DNA of 64,000 nt from Nitrosopumilaceae archaeon (GTDB lineage: Archaea > Thermoproteota > Nitrososphaeria > Nitrososphaerales > Nitrosopumilaceae), in the NCBI GenBank assembly GCA_965203465.1, contig CBDBCR010000001.1, positions 768,001 to 832,000 on the forward strand, given 5' to 3'. The first letter of the stretch is position 1. Each line of letters starts with the position of its first letter. Under the pieces are notes generated by a model. The model had not been told where the DNA came from. It saw nothing but the letters and a program-made list of their open reading frames with translations, and searched no databases. Shown piece after piece: positions 29,872-39,752 of the stretch. A program made the position numbers and the translations under genes.

Positions 29872-30138
29872 CGCGGGCCGTAGTTGAGCCCGGCGGCCGT
29901 AAAAGAGCCGCCCGGAACGCGCGCCAGGCCTGACCGGCGGACCTGCCCGCGGTCTCCAAACAGCCCCGCCGCCCGGATGCGCGGCGGCCTACCGGCTGCG
30001 CTCGGGGGGCCGACGGCTGCCGCGGGGGGCCGATCTCGAGGCGCCGGCCGGGATTTGGGCTCCCGATCTTGGCGGATCGGCCGATTGCGTACGGCTCCTC
30101 ATGTCGCAGGCACTTGCCGCGGAACGGCGCGCTTCGGC

Positions 30139-30816
30139 CTACGGCGTAAACAGCGCCAGGCAGACGGCCAGTACCATGAGGAATATGCCTCTGAGGAAAT
30201 GGCTCTGCGCGGCATCGACCCATTTGGCCTTCTTGAGCGAATGCAGCAGGCTGTTCTGGATGGCCACGAAGTGTTTGGCGGCCCACCGGAGAACGGCGCG
30301 GTCCTGCGGCAGGCTCTCGGCTAGATCGACAATCGTGGGAATGTGTTTAGGGGCCAGCTTGGTCGCTTTGTGGACAGCCAACGTCGTCATGAACAGCTCG
30401 GCCACCGCCCATGCCGTCATGGGCAACTTGATCGCCGCCCACGCCAGAAGCGGCGCCTCCGGGTTGCGCGGCCAGGCGAGCACGGCGTCGGACGCAAGCC
30501 CCAAGACGCCGAGCATAAGCGAGGCCATTATTCCGGCCCCGACGAACAGCTGCGATCCCTTGTTCTCGATGCGCTCGATTCTCCGGTCTTCGGCGGAATA
30601 CACGTTGTTGGCAATGCTCTCGATTACGGCCGGCTCCGCGCCAGATTGTTCCAAGCGGTCGCACCACTGCTCTTCTTCCGTTTGATCCTGATCTTCCCGG
30701 CCGTCGTCTGCGGGTGGCTCCCGGGCGGCAGCGTACTCGGCCGCCCGCCGGTCGATCTTTCGGTTTGCCGCCCACGCCGCCGCTATCGGCCAGACGAGTC
30801 CAAGTTTACCTACCAT
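30139..30816 (-). CDS. Small membrane protein (about 3 TM), resembling defence-type TM effectors
   Basis: EDRRIERIENKGSQLFVGAGI followed by two TM helices, a soluble loop and a C-terminal TM; start inferred. Confidence 0.6.
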   Translation of the reverse strand: MVGKLGLVWPIAAAWAANRKIDRRAAEYAAAREPPADDGREDQDQTEEEQWCDRLEQSGAEPAVIESIANNVYSAEDRRIERIENKGSQLFVGAGIMASLMLGVLGLASDAVLAWPRNPEAPLLAWAAIKLPMTAWAVAELFMTTLAVHKATKLAPKHIPTIVDLAESLPQDRAVLRWAAKHFVAIQNSLLHSLKKAKWVDAAQSHFLRGIFLMVLAVCLALFTP

Positions 30817-31279
30817 TCCTTTCCACCAAGAGCTGCGCCGGGGCCTGTTCGGGCAGGTCGGGCCGGCGCAGCAGCCGGCCCAGCTCGCCGCCGGGGTTGA
30901 TCTCCGAATAGCCGTCTCCGCTTCGCCAAGTCCACAAAGGACGCACTCGCCTGTAACACGAACGCGGAGATTCCGCCCGAATCCATGTCGGCAGCCCGTG
31001 GCATGCGGGGCGCTTGCGGCGCGGGTTATGTAAAGACTCGGGCGGCCCCAAACGCGGCGCGGAAACCGGCCGCACAGACGCGCGTTTTTTCCGCAACAGC
31101 CGGCGCGATCCCAGATCCGCAGATCCTCGGGGGCCGGATCCGGCCGCGGCCGGCGCAGAAACGCCCGATCGCCAAGCTGGCGCCCCCTGCATCGGGCCCC
31201 CGCGCGCGGGTTTGCCCGGATCGCGTCATGGCTGCAACGTATTTTAGGCCTGCCGGACTCCGCGCTGCAGGAACCGGCC

Positions 31280-33433
31280 ATGGAGGCTCTACAGATCAGG
31301 CTGCACGACTGCTACGGGATACACTGCATGTCCCGCAGGTTCGAGCTGTCCGACACCAGGCACGTGGCCATATACGCCCCCAACGGCACGATGAAGTCGT
31401 CGCTCGCAAGGACGTTCAAGGACGCCAGCGAGGGCAGGGATTCCGAGGAAGTGGTGTGCAACAGAACCTCCAGCCGCGTGATAGAGGACGGGGACGGGAA
31501 GGCGGTGCCGCCAGACGGCATTCTGGTGATCGATCCGCTAAAGGACTCCCAGGATATCCACGCCGCGTCGCTGGGCATACTGGCCAACGAAAAGCTGCGA
31601 AGCCGATACGGGGCGGCCGTCGCGGGCCTCGTGTCTGACAAGGAAACGGTGATCAAAAAACTGGCCGGGCCGTCCGGCCTTGCCGGAAAAACCGAAGACG
31701 CGGTATTGCGCGATTTCGGCAAAGGCGGGGGCTTTACGGAATTTTTCGCCGTCCTCGAGCAGTGCCTCGATGCGCCCCCGGATGCGGATCTGTCGGACGT
31801 CAGGTACGTCGACGTGTTCAACGAAAAGGTCGTGCGGGCCCTGGAACAAGAGCACGTGAAGGAACAGCTGACTGCCTATCTGCGCAAATACAACGAGCTG
31901 GTGTCCCAGTCCGCGTATCTGAGCGCGCAGTTCGATCACGGCAGCGCGGACACGGTCAACAAGAAACTCTCCTCGACGGGGTTTTTCAAAGCCGGGCATT
32001 CCGTAAGCCTCAGCTCGAAAGCCGGCGGCCGCGCCGAGATAAAAGACAGGAAGGCGTTCGAGCTGCTCGTAGCGGACGAAAAGAAAAAAATCAAGGCGGG
32101 CCTGGATTCCGACTGGGAAAAGATCGACAGGGACGTGTTCAGAAACTCCGACCTCCACGAGTTCCGCCGCATAGTCAAGGACAACGCCGGCCTGCTCGAG
32201 AGGCTGCTGGCCGATCCGGAAAAGCTGCGCAGGGATCTTTGGCTGAGCTACTTTGCGGCGATCGGGCCTCTGCACGACGTGGTTAGATCGTACAGATCGC
32301 GGCAAAGCGACATCGCAGAGATCGTAAAACAGGCCAAGGCCGAAAAGGCCCGGTGGGAGGAGGTGGTAAAAGAATTCAAGGGGAGGTTCTTCGTCCCGTT
32401 CGACGTAAAGGTCGCAGAGGTGCACCAGTCGGTGCTGGAAGGCAAGATGCCCACGCTGCAGTTTGACTTTGACGACGGCGTGCAGAAAACCGCGGTCACG
32501 CTGGACAAGCTGCAGAGGGCCCTGAGCGCAGGGGAACAAAGAGCGCTGTACATACTGAACGTGCTCTTCAAGATCAAGAAGCGGATCGCAGACGGAAAAG
32601 AGACCGTCGTCGTGCTGGACGACATCGTGGACTCGTTCGACTACGCGAACAAGTACGCGATAATCCAGTATCTGAAGGAAATCTCCACGGAACGGCTCTT
32701 TCACCTGGTGCTCCTTACGCACAACTTTGATTTCTTCAGGGCGGTCATGAACAGGCGCATAGTGGGGCGCAAAAACTGCTATTACGCAAGCAAAGACCTG
32801 GGCAACGTGTCCCTCGAAGAGGCGCCCAACATAAGATCCATGCTGAAAGGGATAATCGAGTGCAAAGCAGGAGATCCGGAAAGCGACGAAAAATTCGTGG
32901 CGTCCATCCCGTTTGCGCGCAACCTGGCAGAATACAAAGACGGATCCGGCGAATACGACACGCTGACGTCGCTGCTGCACTGGCGGCCCGAGACGCCAAA
33001 GATCTCGATCGGGGACCTGCAGGAAACAATCCGCGCCGTCATACCGAAAATTCGAACCGAGCGACAGGACACCTCTCGCGCCGCGTACGATGTCATCATG
33101 GAGACCGCAGACAGGTGCTCGGACAGGACGAAAAACTCGCTGTACGGCAAAGTCGCCCTCTCCGTGGCGATCAGGGTGCGAGCGGAGCGCTTCATGCGCA
33201 GCAAGCTGGGCCCGGATTCCCGCCGGGACAAGAACCCGGACACGCACGATCTGATCATGGACTGCAAAAGTCGGCTGCCAAAGCACCAGGCCGACACGCT
33301 CGACCTGGTGGGGATCATGACGCCCGGCATCATCCACCTGAACGCGTTCATGTACGAGCCGATCGTGGACATAGACGACACGCGGCTGCGGGAACTGTTC
33401 AAAGACGTGCGCAGTCTGGAAGATTCTGCGTGA
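31280..33433 (+). CDS. ABC/SMC-like AAA_13 ATPase (RloC/PrrC-like architecture)
   Basis: IYAPNGTMKSS (Walker A), coiled coil, LSAGEQRA (signature), VVLDDIVDSFD (Walker B/D-loop), LTHNFDF, C-terminal MTPGIIHLNAFMYEP. Confidence 0.82.
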   Translation: MEALQIRLHDCYGIHCMSRRFELSDTRHVAIYAPNGTMKSSLARTFKDASEGRDSEEVVCNRTSSRVIEDGDGKAVPPDGILVIDPLKDSQDIHAASLGILANEKLRSRYGAAVAGLVSDKETVIKKLAGPSGLAGKTEDAVLRDFGKGGGFTEFFAVLEQCLDAPPDADLSDVRYVDVFNEKVVRALEQEHVKEQLTAYLRKYNELVSQSAYLSAQFDHGSADTVNKKLSSTGFFKAGHSVSLSSKAGGRAEIKDRKAFELLVADEKKKIKAGLDSDWEKIDRDVFRNSDLHEFRRIVKDNAGLLERLLADPEKLRRDLWLSYFAAIGPLHDVVRSYRSRQSDIAEIVKQAKAEKARWEEVVKEFKGRFFVPFDVKVAEVHQSVLEGKMPTLQFDFDDGVQKTAVTLDKLQRALSAGEQRALYILNVLFKIKKRIADGKETVVVLDDIVDSFDYANKYAIIQYLKEISTERLFHLVLLTHNFDFFRAVMNRRIVGRKNCYYASKDLGNVSLEEAPNIRSMLKGIIECKAGDPESDEKFVASIPFARNLAEYKDGSGEYDTLTSLLHWRPETPKISIGDLQETIRAVIPKIRTERQDTSRAAYDVIMETADRCSDRTKNSLYGKVALSVAIRVRAERFMRSKLGPDSRRDKNPDTHDLIMDCKSRLPKHQADTLDLVGIMTPGIIHLNAFMYEPIVDIDDTRLRELFKDVRSLEDSA

Positions 33434-33534
33434 TCCCGGCGCGGGCGGCTTTGGCGTCGCGGCCATTCTGCACGCCTCGTTGCGCCCGGCATGGCACTTG
33501 CCCAAGCGCGCCGTCCGCCTCGTTTCCAACCGGC

Positions 33535-33900
33535 ATGCACGTTCCGAGCATTGGCCAGCCCGCCTTAACTGGAGGGCCCTGCACCGTCAAACTGCCTTGG
33601 TAAGGCCGGTGCGTCCTGAGGGCAACGTCGCGCCGGATCCGTTCTGCGGTTGCGGCACGGCCGTCATGGCGGCCGGAAAGCCGAACCGCGGGCGGATCGG
33701 AATCGGAGTGACGCACCTGGCCGCGGGACTCTTTCGGCAAAGCCCGAGATCGCCGGCGCGCCGCAGTCGCTCGGCGCCACCCGGAAACTGGCAGACGCCA
33801 AGTTCCAGTTCGAGTTGTGGGCGATAAGCCTGATACCCAAACCGCACTTGAACGAGTAGGTGGGGGGCAGGATAATGGCCGGTCTGTACAAGGCTCCCTC
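33535..33900 (+). pseudogene. Relic of an N4/N6 DNA methyltransferase-endonuclease fusion
   Basis: Fragments in shifted frames: DPFCGCGTAVMAAGKPNRGRIGIGVTHLAAGL and ADAKFQFELWAISLI, plus a stop. Confidence 0.75.
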
Positions 33901-34244
33901 GGCGAGCGGTACCAGAGTCTGGATCTACACCATGGATGTTTCAACGGCCCGAAACCCAACATTTCGGACGTTGCGGACAGCGCGAGAACAGCAAGGCAGA
34001 AGCGGGCTGGGCGGGGGCGCCAGGCCGCGTTAAGACGGCCGGCCCGCGTATATGGTAAAACCCGAGCCGGCGTCTGCCTCCCCCACGGACAATCCGGCCG
34101 CGCGGATGCGAAGGGCGCCGCGCCGGAGATCCACAGCGACCAGAGAAAAACGCGCACGCATGAAAGATATTATCTTAATATAGGATAATATGAACTGCGC
34201 AACAAAAAGCAAGGGTTATATAGAGTTCAGTATAAATCGACCCA

Positions 34245-34721
34245 ATGTCTATGACATTTCACTTGACTGGCCGACAATGGGAACGGTACGCTGAATTGTT
34301 GAAGATGTTTGAAACCTTCTGTGACACCATGAACCGCTCTCTGGAGCCGATGGGCGAGATGGCGCGCCGGGTCAACAAAACCATGGAGCCGATCGCCGAG
34401 CTGAGCCGCTCTCTGGAACCGGTAGCTGAGATGATGCGCCGGACCGAGAAAGCCATGGAGCCGATCGCCGAGCTGAGCCGCTCTCTGGAACCGGTAGCTG
34501 AGATGATGCGCCGGACCGAGAAAGCCATGGAGCCGATCGCCGAGCTGAGCCGCTCTCTGGAACCGGTAGCTGAGATGATGCGCCGGACCGAGAAAGCCAT
34601 GGAGCCGATCGCCGAGCTGAGCCGCTCTCTGGAACCCATGAACAAGATGGTCAGACAAGTCACCAAATACAACATACAGCGTGTGAGTTTTTCACACGGT
34701 TCGCTGGAGTCTGGGCGCTAG
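34245..34721 (+). CDS. Tandem-repeat amphipathic helical protein (24-aa units)
   Basis: AT-rich promoter with TATAAA upstream; (MEPIAELSRSLEPVAEMMRRTEKA) about 3.5 times. Confidence 0.7.
   Translation: MSMTFHLTGRQWERYAELLKMFETFCDTMNRSLEPMGEMARRVNKTMEPIAELSRSLEPVAEMMRRTEKAMEPIAELSRSLEPVAEMMRRTEKAMEPIAELSRSLEPVAEMMRRTEKAMEPIAELSRSLEPMNKMVRQVTKYNIQRVSFSHGSLESGR
34381..34636 (+). repeat. Perfect 72-bp tandem repeat, about 3.5 copies
   Basis: CCATGGAGCCGATCGCCGAG starts at 34381, 34453, 34525 and 34597. Confidence 0.95.
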
Positions 34722-34883
34722 CCAAACCCGTTACACGGCAGAAACTCTGCCGCCTAGCGCGTTCCTACGAGCCGAGGTGTCGCACGCGCAATCCAAGTCG
34801 ACGGCCGGTTCCGCGCGCCGTGCCGCGCTCTGGGCCAGTCTGCGGTCAGGATGCCGGCGCGTGGCCCCGGCCGCCCCCGCCGG

Positions 34884-36947
34884 CTACCCGCCTTGCGAAA
34901 CCGCCCCGTCTTGCCCGGCGCCGCCCTCCCCTTCCGGGCCGCGCCCGATGCAGTGATCAAGAAACGCGGTGATCCGGCACAGTTTTTGCGGATCTTTTTC
35001 CAGCACTATTCTGCAGAACTCGATCGCGGTCGCGATTTTGGAATCTCCGCCGGCCTTTTCAGCCGTCTCGAACGCCGGCCCGTCCATTCTCTTCATCAGG
35101 TGCTCTAGGTTCTTTTCCACCAGCACGATGTCGGCGCCCATGACCGACTCGCAGTCTGAGGGGAACTCTGCGGTCTTTCTGTTTTCCAGCCATTTTCTGC
35201 GTTTTTTGTTGCCGTCGTCGCGATCGGCCAGTACCACGTACGGGATTTTGTACGCTTCCAGCAGGTCTATGTATTTTCCGAAATTGCCGGCGCCGTTTAT
35301 GTACAGGATGAGGACGTTCCTGCGCGCCAGGTTGTATTTCTGATCCTCGCCCGCTTTGTATTCGGCCACTCCGGCCAGCAGGCTCTGATCGGAGGGCCCC
35401 TCCACCAGAATCACGCGTTTGGCGAAGAATATTGCCGGGTCGATCAAGTGCCGCAGCCGGCTCCGGTCTTTGTCGAACCGCTCGAAAGCGTCGCCTTCCA
35501 GAGACCTGACGGTGCTAGATGGGCCCTCGTTCCTGACGTACAGCACTTTGGACGAGTTTTCGAACGCCATAAAGCCCACGATCGCGGGCGAGTGCGTCGT
35601 GACGAGGATCTGGTTCCCCTCGTTGCCGCATATTTCCCCCAGGATCGCCCGCGTCAGGCCCGGGTGCATGTTGATGGACGGCTCGTCCAGCAGTATCGCA
35701 GAGTCGCGGGATCCGAGCACGAGCGCGAGCAGGTATATCGATTCTCGCAAGCCGGCCCCCGCGTCGGCTGCCCGGAACTGCTCGCCCGACCCGTCGGTTA
35801 TTACGGCCACGGGGGCCGCAAAAGTGCGCCTCAGATGCGGCCTGCCGGCGAGGTCATCTTCGTGCTCGGGCCGCTCTAGGATCACGTCCATCTTCAGTCT
35901 TTCGGGCCCGAACACGCTCTCAAACGCCCCCCGGATGGACTCGAAGCGCTCGCGGTCTGCCGGGACGGGCGAGGTCTTTAGCCCCAAAAGAAAGGAAGAC
36001 AGGTTGGATCCGTCGGCTGCGAGCGCCTCGGCCGGCACCGACCGTTTGAAGCGGGCCACCCGGACTAGCGCCTTGTTGTAAGCGCCGGCTACATCCGATC
36101 CCAATACTTCTTCCTGCCCGGGCAGGATCTTTAGCGATTCGATCCTGTCTTGTATGAGCGATCCGTCTATGTCCCTGCTGTCCGGGGAATGCACCGTGCC
36201 TCTGGCAAGAATCTCCCCCACAAGCCCCGTGAACCGGACTGCGCCGCTCCCGCCATCCCTTATGCCCACGTACGACTGGAGGCCTGCCAGCGTCCTCTTT
36301 CCGTGCTCGGGAATTTTGCGGTGATCTTCCTTGAGATCGGGCATTTCAAGCAGATTTTCTCGAAAAAACTCCGCCGTCGCGCTTTTCGCGCTTGCCTGAT
36401 CCGACAGTTCGGTTAGCAGGTTGCGCAGGGGCATTGTTCGGTTAACTTTTGCCGCCTCTTGTTCCGAAACGGCATGATCCGATATGAGCAGTTTGTCGGT
36501 TATGTCGCCGGACGCCACGAGCCCCATCTTCGAAAACTCGATTTCCACGGCGGTCTGGATTCCGTACTTTGCAGTTTTCTTCCAAGAAAGCCCGACGGCG
36601 ATCTCGTCCAAGAGGCCCGCGAGCAGGTCCCGGTTTTCGTACTCGTGGAACCTCATGCCCTGGGCGTCCGGCAGTAAAAAGCTGAAAAAATCTACGATCT
36701 TTTCCGCTTCGCCCCTTGACAGTCTCACGTGCAGTCCCAAGTGTGGATCGAGCACGCCCCTTGCGATTTGGGCGTCTTTGAGAGCCGGTGGCCTCGACAG
36801 GGCGTCCGCGAGCAGCCTGATCAGCCTGAAAAGGTTAGACTTGCCTGAGTTGTTGGGGCCGACTATTACCGCTCTGTCCGATACGTCCGCCGACACCTGA
36901 TCCCTGTACGAGTACAGCCCGCGGCATTGCAGTTTCGTGATGCGCAC
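34884..36947 (-). CDS. OLD-family ATP-dependent endonuclease (ABC ATPase plus TOPRIM)
   Basis: IVGPNNSGKSN, GAGLRE, LLDEPSINMHP, VTTHSP, ILVEGPSD, LADRD. Confidence 0.9.
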   Translation of the reverse strand: MRITKLQCRGLYSYRDQVSADVSDRAVIVGPNNSGKSNLFRLIRLLADALSRPPALKDAQIARGVLDPHLGLHVRLSRGEAEKIVDFFSFLLPDAQGMRFHEYENRDLLAGLLDEIAVGLSWKKTAKYGIQTAVEIEFSKMGLVASGDITDKLLISDHAVSEQEAAKVNRTMPLRNLLTELSDQASAKSATAEFFRENLLEMPDLKEDHRKIPEHGKRTLAGLQSYVGIRDGGSGAVRFTGLVGEILARGTVHSPDSRDIDGSLIQDRIESLKILPGQEEVLGSDVAGAYNKALVRVARFKRSVPAEALAADGSNLSSFLLGLKTSPVPADRERFESIRGAFESVFGPERLKMDVILERPEHEDDLAGRPHLRRTFAAPVAVITDGSGEQFRAADAGAGLRESIYLLALVLGSRDSAILLDEPSINMHPGLTRAILGEICGNEGNQILVTTHSPAIVGFMAFENSSKVLYVRNEGPSSTVRSLEGDAFERFDKDRSRLRHLIDPAIFFAKRVILVEGPSDQSLLAGVAEYKAGEDQKYNLARRNVLILYINGAGNFGKYIDLLEAYKIPYVVLADRDDGNKKRRKWLENRKTAEFPSDCESVMGADIVLVEKNLEHLMKRMDGPAFETAEKAGGDSKIATAIEFCRIVLEKDPQKLCRITAFLDHCIGRGPEGEGGAGQDGAVSQGG

Positions 36948-37450
36948 AGTCCGCCTGCGCCCCGCGCTGCGCTTAAATGTCCTGCGGCAGGCGGCTGCGC
37001 GATCCCGAAATCATTTAGATTCCTAGAGGGCACGGTGTGCCTCCCCCGCGGCCCCATCTTTTGCCGTTTCGTCACTTTTCGCCATCTTGAGCACCAACGC
37101 CGCGGGGGCGGTCGTAGTTGTGCCGGCGGAAAAGATCGTACCGTCGAACCGCTCGAGCTTTGGATCTTGCCGTGTAACCGCGCCGGATGGCAGTCGGTCT
37201 GGGGGCGCCCGGCTCCGCACAGTTTTGCCTTGTCTCCCACTTCTCCAGCTCAAACGCGGACTATCTACCCTTCCCATCCTCTGCCCCAGTTGCGGCCCCA
37301 TTGGAGATCGCGCCCGGCCGGAAATAGCGCAGGATCCAAGACGGATCAGAACGGCAAACCCATCCGGCCAGCGACGCCGCCGCGCCAAATTGAGTATATT
37401 AATGACGTAAAGTACGGTATATAAGGCACCAGCCGTCGCGACGCCGAAAG

Positions 37451-39583
37451 ATGGACATGAAAGAGGCATCCGAAACAGTCGGCCGGATGCTGGACGAATA
37501 CGTGTTTGAGGCAAAAGAGATAGAATCGTACCTGCGCTCAAGAGGCATCGTGCGGTACAAATCGGACATGGTAAGAATCATGCTGGCCGCGGCCGAGCGG
37601 CGGGCCCAGTTTATCGACCTAGTCTCGCGCAACCTTTTGGCATGCGCCTCGAGGACGGACGAATTCTTCGAGCTGGTCGCAGTCCTGCCCGAGTGGCGCG
37701 GGTGTGAACTCGAGCCGCTGCGCCTGCTTTATGGCCGCGATCCGCAGACTGCTTTGTGGCTGATCCGGAGGCTGGAAGCCACGGACCAAGACACGTCGAT
37801 CCCGCTGTCCTGGCTGTACACGGGAGCGGGCGAAAAAGAGCCCGGCATGCTGCTCGAAATGATCGGCAAGAGGCTGTCGCCGGCGCAAAAGACCGCTTGG
37901 ATGACGGCAGCCGACATCCTGTACGCAGGCCAGAGGCTTCCGCCCGAGGCCGAAGACTTCGTCATCCATCTTTCAAAGTCCCGCACGACGGCGGTCCAGA
38001 AATGCGCGATATCGTTCATGCTCGGAAGGGCGCAAGAGTCAAGACGAATACGGGATCGGCTCTGCCGCATCGCAAAGAACGGCAGCGACGAGGCCCGGGC
38101 GGCGCTGGCCAACGTCCACCCCCTCAAGAGGCCGGACGACGAATTTTTGCTCAAAATACTCGGGCTGTGCTCCAAGACGAAAAACGCGAGCGTGCGGGAG
38201 AGCATAGCGCTGTCCCTAGTTTCGTGCGCGCCCGACCATCCGCTCGAATGCGTAAAGATCCTCAGGCAGTGGCGCCAAGATCCGTGGTTCCGCCACAGAG
38301 TCGGCCGCCTCTTGGAGGAAGTCGGGAAAGGCGATCTGGGCAAGATACGCAGGTTCATGGAGTCGTGGATCCGCGACGCGAGGGGCTCGAAAACGGACGC
38401 CGGCACGCTGCCAGACGTGCTCTCGTGCGTGTATCGGAAGGACGAGATGCAACTCATGGAGTTGCTGGAGGAGGCAGGCTGCGAGGACGAAGCGACTCAG
38501 ATTTTGGTAGTCGACGTTCTGTGTGAGTTCCTCAGCGGCGGGTACAAAAAGGATCGCCGCTCCGTCGAATTCTGCAGGCGCGCCGAGATGGTTATCTTGG
38601 AGATAGCAAGACGGCGCGGGACGAACGTGTGGCCCGACCCGGAACTGAATCCGTTCATGCGGGTGCAGAACCTGATCAGGCAAGCAAGGTTCCCGATAAA
38701 AACGAGCATCGCAGACGCCCGCAACAACCTGAAGCGGTTCGAGAATCTGGGTCGGATCATGCGGCCGGGCACGCTAGAGAAAATGATCCGCGAAGTCCAC
38801 ACGCTGGCGGTGTGGCTGTCGAACGCCGAGCCGGATCCGGAGGGCGGCGCCGGGGATCGGGGCAGGCCGGGGGCCAGGCGCCAAAAGATCTCGCGCGCGT
38901 GGGTGTCCGACATAGACGCGTCGCTGCGGATGTTCGGGGACGGCCAGGGAATGTCCAGGATACGGCGCGGTTTGGTGTCCAGGACGGAGTTTTTTGACGC
39001 CCTGTCAGAGTTGACCGTGGCCGCTAGGCTGAAAAAAAAGTTTCCAACGACCCTGCAGCCCCGGGTGGGGAACAACGCGCTCGACGTGGAATCGACCGTG
39101 GGCGGATCGCGCGTGCTCTTTGAGGTCTTTAGGCCAAAGGGGGACATCAGGCTGCGGTACGTAAGAGGTGCGCACACGCTGGACAACGCGATACTGCCCA
39201 AGGTGGTAAAAAAAATAGACGGGCAGATAAAAAGCGCGCTGGGCGATGGGGTTCCCGTGGTGTTGGTTATAGACAGCACCGACGCGCGCGAAATAGTCGA
39301 TGCCGACATAGACGACGCCCTGTTCGGCACCGAGTATTTCGCAATGCCGTTCGGCGAGGGCGGCGCGGCGGGCCAGCCGCGCCCCGCCAGGAAAAAAGAC
39401 TCCGTGTACGACCGGACGGCCGGCGCCGGGGCGATAAGCGCGGTGCTGCTGGTGGAGATGGGCTGCGGGCGCGGCTCGAAGATAGAGATCGGCGGAAAGC
39501 TGTTCCGCGCGCCAAACCCGGCAGTCCCGCTGGGCGACGGGGCGGCCGGGGCCATAGAGGGGGCGCTTTTTGAGGCCGCGTAG
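37451..39583 (+). CDS. HEAT/ARM-repeat protein with a C-terminal PD-(D/E)xK-like nuclease domain
   Basis: Helical repeats, then FFDALSELTVAARL..LDVES..VLFEVFRP..QIK..VVLVIDS. Confidence 0.7.
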   Translation: MDMKEASETVGRMLDEYVFEAKEIESYLRSRGIVRYKSDMVRIMLAAAERRAQFIDLVSRNLLACASRTDEFFELVAVLPEWRGCELEPLRLLYGRDPQTALWLIRRLEATDQDTSIPLSWLYTGAGEKEPGMLLEMIGKRLSPAQKTAWMTAADILYAGQRLPPEAEDFVIHLSKSRTTAVQKCAISFMLGRAQESRRIRDRLCRIAKNGSDEARAALANVHPLKRPDDEFLLKILGLCSKTKNASVRESIALSLVSCAPDHPLECVKILRQWRQDPWFRHRVGRLLEEVGKGDLGKIRRFMESWIRDARGSKTDAGTLPDVLSCVYRKDEMQLMELLEEAGCEDEATQILVVDVLCEFLSGGYKKDRRSVEFCRRAEMVILEIARRRGTNVWPDPELNPFMRVQNLIRQARFPIKTSIADARNNLKRFENLGRIMRPGTLEKMIREVHTLAVWLSNAEPDPEGGAGDRGRPGARRQKISRAWVSDIDASLRMFGDGQGMSRIRRGLVSRTEFFDALSELTVAARLKKKFPTTLQPRVGNNALDVESTVGGSRVLFEVFRPKGDIRLRYVRGAHTLDNAILPKVVKKIDGQIKSALGDGVPVVLVIDSTDAREIVDADIDDALFGTEYFAMPFGEGGAAGQPRPARKKDSVYDRTAGAGAISAVLLVEMGCGRGSKIEIGGKLFRAPNPAVPLGDGAAGAIEGALFEAA

Positions 39584-39752
39584 CCGGCTCGCGCCGGATC
39601 GGCCGGGACGCGGCACGGGCGCTTCCCGCGCAGGCGGATCGGCGGACGGCAGTTCGGAGAACGGATCGCGCGAAAACTGCGCCCGCGCGTACCCGCCAAG
39701 CAGCTTCGGGCCAGGGGAAACCGAGCGCGGATCCGAGGCGGCAGTCACGTAC

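Noticed and set aside
34381-34636. Possible CRISPR array (72-bp period)
   Set aside because: Units are identical with no unique spacers; this is a coding tandem repeat.
34884-36947. Gabija or retron system
   Set aside because: No UvrD-like helicase or reverse transcriptase next to the OLD nuclease.
36950-37440. Possible gene relic or ncRNA between the OLD and HEAT-nuclease genes (similar gaps at 7455-7850, 30820-31270, 40900-41220)
   Set aside because: No convincing motif, repeat or structure could be established by eye.
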